A stretch of 64,000 nucleotides of DNA from Tubiluchus corallicola. Its lineage: Eukaryota > Animalia > Priapulida. The notes beneath the pieces are model-generated. The model was not told the DNA's origin. It was given only the letters and a program-made list of their open reading frames with translations, and searched no databases. Location of the stretch: positions 1 to 64,000 of the forward strand of contig JAQGDQ010001023.1 in the NCBI GenBank assembly GCA_030141605.1, in the 5' to 3' direction. Below, one piece after another: positions 56,516-64,000 of this stretch (position 1 is its first letter; every line of letters begins with the position of its first letter). The translations under genes and the position numbers were made by a program.

Positions 56516-56750
56516 GCGGGATGCCCACACTGTGTCTCGACACTAGGCGGCAGCTCTTGCAGCCAACCTGGTGCCAAACGTATCGCTCCGCTTTCCTTTG
56601 GACTACACCAGGGAGGAAGAGAGGGGGTTCCTGCGGTCTGGGCAACTCAGGCACAGTCGACGATGCAGCTCCATCAATGTGATCAATAACTAACTCTCTT
56701 GGCGCACACTCCATTGTCTTCCGAGACAGAAGGATGCCAACAACAACAAC
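56396..56750 (+). mobile_element. 5S rRNA-derived SINE (SINE3 type) with RTE-like 3' tail
   Basis: Full-length 5S-like head 56396-56515 (GTCTACGGCCATATC...AGTACTTGGATGG...GTGCTGTAGGCTT) with no oligo-T terminator. About 230 bp body ending ccattgtcttccgagacagaaggatgc(caa)4; ttaatca occurs on both flanks. Confidence 0.8.
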
Positions 56751-57734
56751 TTTAATCATGTCATGGTTGAACTTTAAGTTATTCCAATTTTAACAATTTT
56801 ATAAATCAATTTAAAAAAATTATCGTGTCGTGACTGCAAATTTTACATTCTGAAAATCGCAGTCAAAAATGACTCCACCAGTTGACAGATGTCATTTAAT
56901 GATGACGCAATCATTATAACATTTTCCATCTAACTTTCTGAGGAAGATGAACAGTATGCTACAAACGTATTGCTGCAGGCGCATGCGCACTGCGTACTTC
57001 CCTCAACCCTGATGATAATTTCCCAGCGACAGATTCTGTAGTTCAAAGCAGGTGTACAGGCTCAACACGGCAGATTCTCACCGCAGCCTCTTCCAGACAC
57101 TTATAAATCTTGTCATACAAGCCAGACACCAGCTTAATATATTGTTTTGTGAAGGGACGGCAATCTACTCATCAAAGATAATGACCTAAAATGATCACCT
57201 AATATGGCGCGTACGTTTCATCCTCGCTTAGACTATACACGTTCTCTCGTCGAGAGAGCCGTGGCAGCGTGACAAATGTCAAAAGTTTTTTTAGTGGTGA
57301 TCCATCCATCTACCAAATAAAGCTCGAACTTTGCTTGCTAAAATCACACACCGTGACACCTCAGCGATTCGTCGCCAAAACAAACACTTGAATTTTGTTA
57401 CCTCTCATTCTTTTCTTTTTTATTTCACATCCCTAATTATCTTCAGGGAAGAAAAATCGTCCTTTACTTCGTTTGTCATACTATTTGTTCCTAGTTCTGC
57501 TTTATCATCTATAACCATTTCGGACAGTTCGCCAAATCTTCTCTTTTCTTCGTCCATTTTTCTTCATTATTGTCAGCAAACGTGCAACTCTGGCTAGCAC
57601 CTTCCTCTTAATGATGAGTAAAGTAATTAGCCTCAGCTTTATGTCAAGTGTGTAATGCACTAGTAAGACAGAGTAATGACTGGTTACAAGTCATTTTCCT
57701 CCGTTTAATGGGTAAAAAAGAAACACCTTAGATT

Positions 57735-58403
57735 ACTAAGCAACAAACCGTGTGCACTTCAACATACACCGGAACTACTAAGCAACAAACCGTGTGCACT
57801 TCGACATACACCGGAACTACTAAGCAACAAACCGTGTGCACTTCGACATACACCGGAACTACTAAGCAACAAACCGTGTGCACTTCGACATACACCGGAA
57901 CTACTAAGCAACAAACCGTGTGCACTTCGACATACACCGGAACTACTAAGCAACAAACCGTGTGCACTTCGACATACACCGGAACTACTAAGCAACAAAC
58001 CGTGTGCACTTCGACATACACCGGAACTACTAAGCAACAAACCGTGTGCACTTCGACATACACCGGAACTACTAAGCAACAAACCGTGTGCACTTCGACA
58101 TACACCGGAACTACTAAGCAACAAACCGTGTGCACTTCGACATACACCGGAACTACTAAGCAACAAACCGTGTGCACTTCGACATACACCGGAACTACTA
58201 AGCAACAAACCGTGTGCACTTCGACATGCACCGGAACTACTAAGCAACAAACCGTGTGCACTACGACATACACCGGAACTACTAAGCAACAAACCGTGTG
58301 CACTTCGACATACACTGGAATTACTAAGCAACAAACCGTGTGCACTTCGACATACACTGGAATTACTAAGCAACAAACCGTGTGCACTTCGACATACACT
58401 GGA
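57735..58403. repeat. Homogeneous 42-bp minisatellite, about 16 copies
   Basis: Unit ACTAAGCAACAAACCGTGTGCACTTCGACATACACCGGAACT. Confidence 0.97.
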
Positions 58404-58947
58404 ACAACTTTTCATATGTCACTCACAACGGAATTTTAGATGTTCAACATCAGTTTATTACAAGTAGTGGTGGTGGTGGTGGTGGTGGTGGTGGTGTGCT
58501 GGTGGTGGTGGTGTGCTGCTGCTGCTGGTGGTGGTGGTGGTGGTGTGCTGGTGGTAAGAGTAGTAGTACGAAATAAATACGTAACAAATAAGAAATTATT
58601 AAATACTAAACAGTCTTCTCGTTTTGACGCATATAGTGCACTGCAAATGTAAGACTTTGGACTTCAGTATCTGCACTAGAATTTTCACTTTTCTGTTACA
58701 GCTTGTTACTCGAGTCGTCAAAAACGTTGTTTAGGTAAAACTAGAAACGTGTAACTAAGTGTCAATATCGTTATGCCTAATGTCTAATACTGATGCAGCA
58801 CGTCTAATGACATGCATTGATATCTAGTTCATGTCTTGTCTTAAAGGAATAGCTTTGATAATAAGCTAGGCTACGATTTAATTACAACCATCCACATTAA
58901 ATTGACTTACTGGATTTTATCTTGAAACCTGTCAAACTGTATATAAT

Positions 58948-59312
58948 CATGTCCGGATTACGAACTTTTACACCAATATCTTACGGGGGGCCGTAAGATA
59001 TTGAAATCTTGGGCCCCCCTCTAACTCGCGAGCACCCATCTTGAATTTTTTTTACCTGTGATATATTTTAGCGACATTTGCATAGCTTGAAGTAAATTTA
59101 GCGCAAATTCTTTCAATAAACTAAAATACCTGCCTTTTGTTTGTCAATAAAAACATTCTTCAAGAACTGCCATTTTTTGCTATTTACTGCAAACCAAATT
59201 AGCACACATTTCAACACAACCGTAGTGAAAAACGGATTATTTACCAAATATTATCGAAGCTAGAGTCCCCAGGGCTATAGCCCAAGCTAGTCCATAAGAT
59301 AATCCAACATTG
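58948..59312. mobile_element. Decayed MITE with internal perfect hairpin
   Basis: Imperfect TIR CATGTCCGGATTA / TAATCCAACATTG, a GGGCCCCC motif, and a 13-bp stem CAATATCTTACGG...CCGTAAGATATTG at 58974-59003. Confidence 0.45.
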
Positions 59313-61598
59313 AGTATAACAGATAAGTTTTCAAAGGACAAACATAATACTTGGCGCAAATTCATCTGCCGAAACCCACTAAACTGGCCGCAATAAAGAT
59401 ATTTTTAATGTAGTTTAAGATAGATAGGCCTGCAATTCAAATGCACGAAGTGTGAAATAACAAATGTGTATCAATTTCATTCATTAGTTTTTATACCAAC
59501 ATATTCAAGTAGAAAATATTGTATAAAAACTGCGCTACGTTGTCAATGATCTAAACGGTTATGTTAAAAAATTAGGCACCAAAATTCAGAAAATGTTAAT
59601 AATTAAGAAGACAGCAATATGCACCAAATTTCTGAAAGTAACACAACAAGTGATAACTTAGTTCATGAATGTCTCTATCAGTAATCAAAAGACGATGATT
59701 TACTAAAGTTCACAGAACATATTTTCATCACACATACAAGCGTTTACAAATTAAAGGTTTCAAGCTTTTGCAAAATTGCAGGGAATGTTTCAGCCACTAG
59801 GTGTCTCTATGGAGCTGTGTGTTTCAGCCAATAGGTGTCTCTATGGAGCTGTGTGCACTCAGTGTCCCTTTATGACTTACGATTGGTTTATCAAAGTAGT
59901 TTGGTAAAAATGTTTAATCATTTATCAGGGCTTTTGTTCAGCTCAAACCTCTCAATACTCTTATAAAATGAGAGGAAAGGGGTTTCTGTGTGAAGTCCTT
60001 TCACTGTACCGTCGCACCGCGTCAGACATATTCAAAACCTCCATAAAGGTTTGGATACCCCTTAATAACGTATTAGCCACAATGACATCCACCCCCATAG
60101 GACGTAGTATTGTCGAGCATGACTAAACGAAGTGAAATGGGAAGATAATTCCACATCGCGTATGATATTCGCGAGATGCTTTGCATTGTTCTAAATACCT
60201 ATGCATGTGATACGGCTTCTTTAATCAACGGACAGCTGACACGTTTGATGAAGCAAGAAACAAGGTATTCGCATTCCCAAAAGACGTTGTTCTTGCGTAG
60301 GACTTAATTTACGCTGTCCTATATTATGATGTGATAAGTCTAGTGGCAGCTTTGATGTTAATATTAGCGCGCGATGTAGCATGTGGATGACGGCCCTAGT
60401 TTATTCATCGCTTTCTGGAAGCTAAGATTTGGACATCTTGAAGTAGTTGGCGATACTCAATTGGGATCTATATTAATGACAAAGATCGCCTAGTTTATCA
60501 GCCATATGTTAGACGTAATCAAAAAAGTTCTTTGTTCATACTAGGGCTCTGATCTTTCCAGAATTCCGCCAAGTTTGTCTTCAAAGGTCACAGTGTAATA
60601 ACTGTGAGTACATTCCGTCATTAGAGTGACTGACTTTTTAAAAATTATATACATTTCTGCCTTATATTTATCCAAAATATTTCACTGTAGTCATACTTTA
60701 TAGTCGTAAAGCTACTCTCACACTTAAGTAGTCATCATTGGCAGCGTTGTACATTATAGTTTTTTGATCTGCGTGTGTGAAATAAATTGCTCTTACATTT
60801 TCTCATGATCTTACACGCACTTAGCAGTTTTCCATTGTGAAATGTATCGTTCGAGTTGTAAATTTTATCAGTCAATGTCTTACGTGATCGAACATATCAG
60901 TGCAAAAGTCGTAACTAATAATGATCGAAACACAACTGGGTTTAGCTTTAAATATTTAAGCAGTTCACTGCGGTTGGTAACAGTGCTGCTTTACCGTCAC
61001 GTAAATTAAAAGTACATGATTTTATAAAACGATATATTGATAGTGCAAACAGAGAAACCATTATTAAGAGAATATTTTTAAGAAATCGTTGTTAGTGATG
61101 GGCGGAGTATTATGGTTGGGATTGACAATTGCCAGTTAGCAATACTAATAGATTGTCTCGTAACACCTTATAATTATTACTGATTTGTCTTTTATATAGG
61201 ACAAGTGTACAAATATATGTAAATATTAGTACTTTTTCATTAATATTAATTGGTCTACTAAATATGTTGACGACTAAAAAGTGTACATTTATAGAAAAAA
61301 TGTACGAAATAATGATAATATATATATAGTTATATTAAAACATATCCTATATGTAATGCATAATATATATTTTAAGCATAACATATAGCGTATATTTCAA
61401 GATAACCATCAAGTGCGTGTGTTAGCATGAAACGTAATAACTCAACAATATGTACATGCTTCGCTTAATGTTTTAAAGCGAATCACATACAGTAATTAAC
61501 AACGCTAATTAGCACATATAAGGTAAGAAACGTCTGTTTTATGGAAACTCGTTTTGAACAAAAAAGTCATTATAACTCAGAAAACAAGTTATACTCAC

Positions 61599-61975
61599 AT
61601 GGCAATAATTCCCAAATATCCAGAATCCCAAACTGATGTTGCCAGATGGGATGTCCCACCTTGACCGATTCTATCACAACTGATTGTTATTCCATACACA
61701 AACTGTTCCTGGTAGCAATTACATCCAGGAAAATTGTCTACAGCGCCACACGGATGGCTACTGTATGACGTCATATTGTCTTGCGGCTCATGATGAATCA
61801 GAACCCCAGGACTAAATACACCGTTGTAGTCATAGTCAGCGGCTTCGAGAAGTCCCGTATTCTGTTCCTGCGAGTGATACAGTGGTCCGGTGTTGATCAA
61901 GGGGGCATCTTCGGACCGCACGGTTGAAAAATCATGCGCAGAGAGCAAAAAACACCACACTATGCTTGCTAACAT
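61599..61975 (-). CDS. Host LRR gene, first coding exon: signal peptide + N-terminal extension + LRRNT cysteine cap
   Basis: ATG at 61975. Hydrophobic start MLASIVWCFLLSA; LRRNT-like PCGAVDNFPGCNCYQEQFVYGITISC. Ends GCC AT|gtgagt (377 nt, phase 2), matching the phase of the downstream LRR exons. Confidence 0.8.
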
Positions 61976-62703
61976 TGTTAGTCACTGGGAGAGGTACTGG
62001 TCAACAATCCACAGAGAGTTGAGGAAATAATGTTGCATTAGTTTCTAACAACTGTGAAACACGTTGATAACCTTTATTGTCCTCCTGCTTTACAGAGTGC
62101 TTTCTGATTTTTCACTTATTTGATGAAATGTAGCAAACCTTATCGGCTTACCTAATGCGCCTCTGTTCCTCAGTGTTGTCCAATTTTATATAACTTTTCT
62201 ATGTCTAATACAGTTGATCAATATTGCATGGTAAAATCAGACGCGGAAGGCAGTTTTTTCCCATGTCAGAATCTAGCTCCGTTATGTAGGCAAGACAACT
62301 TTATTCTCACTACATTTGTGATGCTACCAACAGCTAAACTATTTGATGGCAATGGTGCCGCAACAAGCAAGCTTAATCTAGTCATTTGAGATCAAAATGC
62401 CTTTTAGCTGCAAAAATATAGCCTACTTCGATTATACGGTATATTAAGCCGCTTTATTTTATCTCCTCAGGGGTCGTCTTGGTTAATTTGTATGCTTTCC
62501 AACGTCCAGCTTGTTCTTCATCTGAAACATAAATAAAAAAAAACAATTGAGCATCTTTACGACTGTGCTTGCAGGAAGGACTAACATCATAATTTTACTC
62601 AATCGTAAAAGTTCAGCTGCCAAAATCATATTTTGTGTAGAGATAGTAAAAGAGTAAAGTTTAATACCTTTATGACAATAAAGAAAAAGGGAGGATTCCT
62701 TGT

Positions 62704-62815
<112 letters not shown>

Positions 62816-62817
62816 GT

Positions 62818-63240
62818 TGATGATGATGATGATGTTCGTCCTTCGAAACGAAGATGACCATAGTGACAGGGATAAAAGGTCAGTTTGGGGGGTTGTCATT
62901 CCTTTGATGAGCTCGAATGTGACTGACTAGGCCAATTCAGGCCTGGAAACTTCTTTGGGATTTGGCACAGGTGAGGCTGAGTGTTTGGACCTGTTGTTGG
63001 GCAGTGTCACATGCCTTGCGTCTCCTGCGCTTTTCCTCTGCCTCCTCAATCTTTTAGCCTCTGCTGTCTTAGCCCCTGTGATGATGGCACTCCGCCATGC
63101 TGAGCGATCTTGTGCAAGGGTTTAAAATTGAGCAGATATCCATGCTGAGCTCCTTGAGTGAGGCCTTCAGGCTGTCTTTGAAGCGTTCCTTTGGTCGTCC
63201 AACCTTTCTCTTTCCAGACACGAGTTCCCCATAGAGCATC
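62818..63240 (-). mobile_element. RTE/BovB-like LINE 3' end with decayed zinc finger and (ATC)n tail
   Basis: MLYGELVSGKRKVGRPKERFKDSLKASLK...LAQDRSAWRSAI...IGLVSHIRAH. 3' end atggtcatcttcgtttcgaaggacgaac(atc)n. Confidence 0.85.
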
Positions 63241-63245
63241 TTTAT

Positions 63246-63453
<208 letters not shown>

Positions 63454-64000
63454 TTAACTTTTACATTAGTATAAGTTCTATTAATAAAGTTGTGTTGTTT
63501 TAACTATAACTAATAATTGTTAAAATACAGATTAATGCAGACATATATAAAGATTAAAGAATAAAGGTTTTCTATACGTGCATTACTGTACAAGGTTGTA
63601 AATAATTGGAAAGTTTCAGCTCATTGGTTTCATTAGACAAAGGGGATTGCAGCACCATTATATGTAAAGCAACAGTTTTGCGAGATCTAATAATAAAATG
63701 GGGCGTTTCGTAAGACTGATGAAATCGTGAATTAACAGATTTGATAACTTGAGAGCGATTTGGCTACATCAAGTTCACTTCACCCAAGGAGAGGTGTCAT
63801 GCAACTCTGTAAGCAGGATAACCAATTTCAAAATGAGCGTTAATTCGCTCAAATCCTAGTGTGTCTAATTTGACCTGATTAAATGCTAAAGGGCTCATTT
63901 CGATTTATTAATTACATTATGCATTTTAAACAGTTGGAAATTTCATGGTGGATCTCACGATATACAATTTGCTTGACGTTCTACGCAAAAAATTCTAACT

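Noticed and set aside
57728-58439. 14-aa repeat ORFs and CRISPR-like regularity
   Set aside because: Head-to-tail 42-bp units with no unique spacers, eukaryotic context and no cas genes. The same applies to the other arrays.
58911-58936. Possible 26-bp micro-exon (LTGFKIKS) of the host gene
   Set aside because: Weak acceptor, and it would break the phase-2 chain; exons 61599 and 45430 already join in frame.

Overview
AT-rich, repeat-laden eukaryotic genomic DNA, most likely an invertebrate animal; the taxon cannot be fixed from this window. Reading splice sites by hand reveals a large minus-strand leucine-rich-repeat (LRR) gene that the ORF track mostly misses. It has a signal-peptide/LRRNT exon (61975-61599) and five phase-2 single-LRR exons (45430-45353, 32294-32223, 27511-27440, 9049-8978, 1877-1806), and its 3' part presumably lies beyond the left edge. 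One 18.4-kb intron (27439-9050) contains a same-strand tandem array of four intact, strongly diverged genes with two coding exons each. They encode 269-282 aa proteins built as signal peptide, Cys cap, about 6 atypical LRRs, LRRCT and a hydrophobic C-terminus with no cytoplasmic tail, so they are probably GPI-anchored. The remainder is degenerate LINEs (RTE, CR1/L2, I-group-like), MITEs (hAT, Tc2/pogo-like, foldback), tRNA-derived SINEs, one 5S-rRNA-derived SINE, and many mini- and microsatellites that account for most long ORFs in the track.
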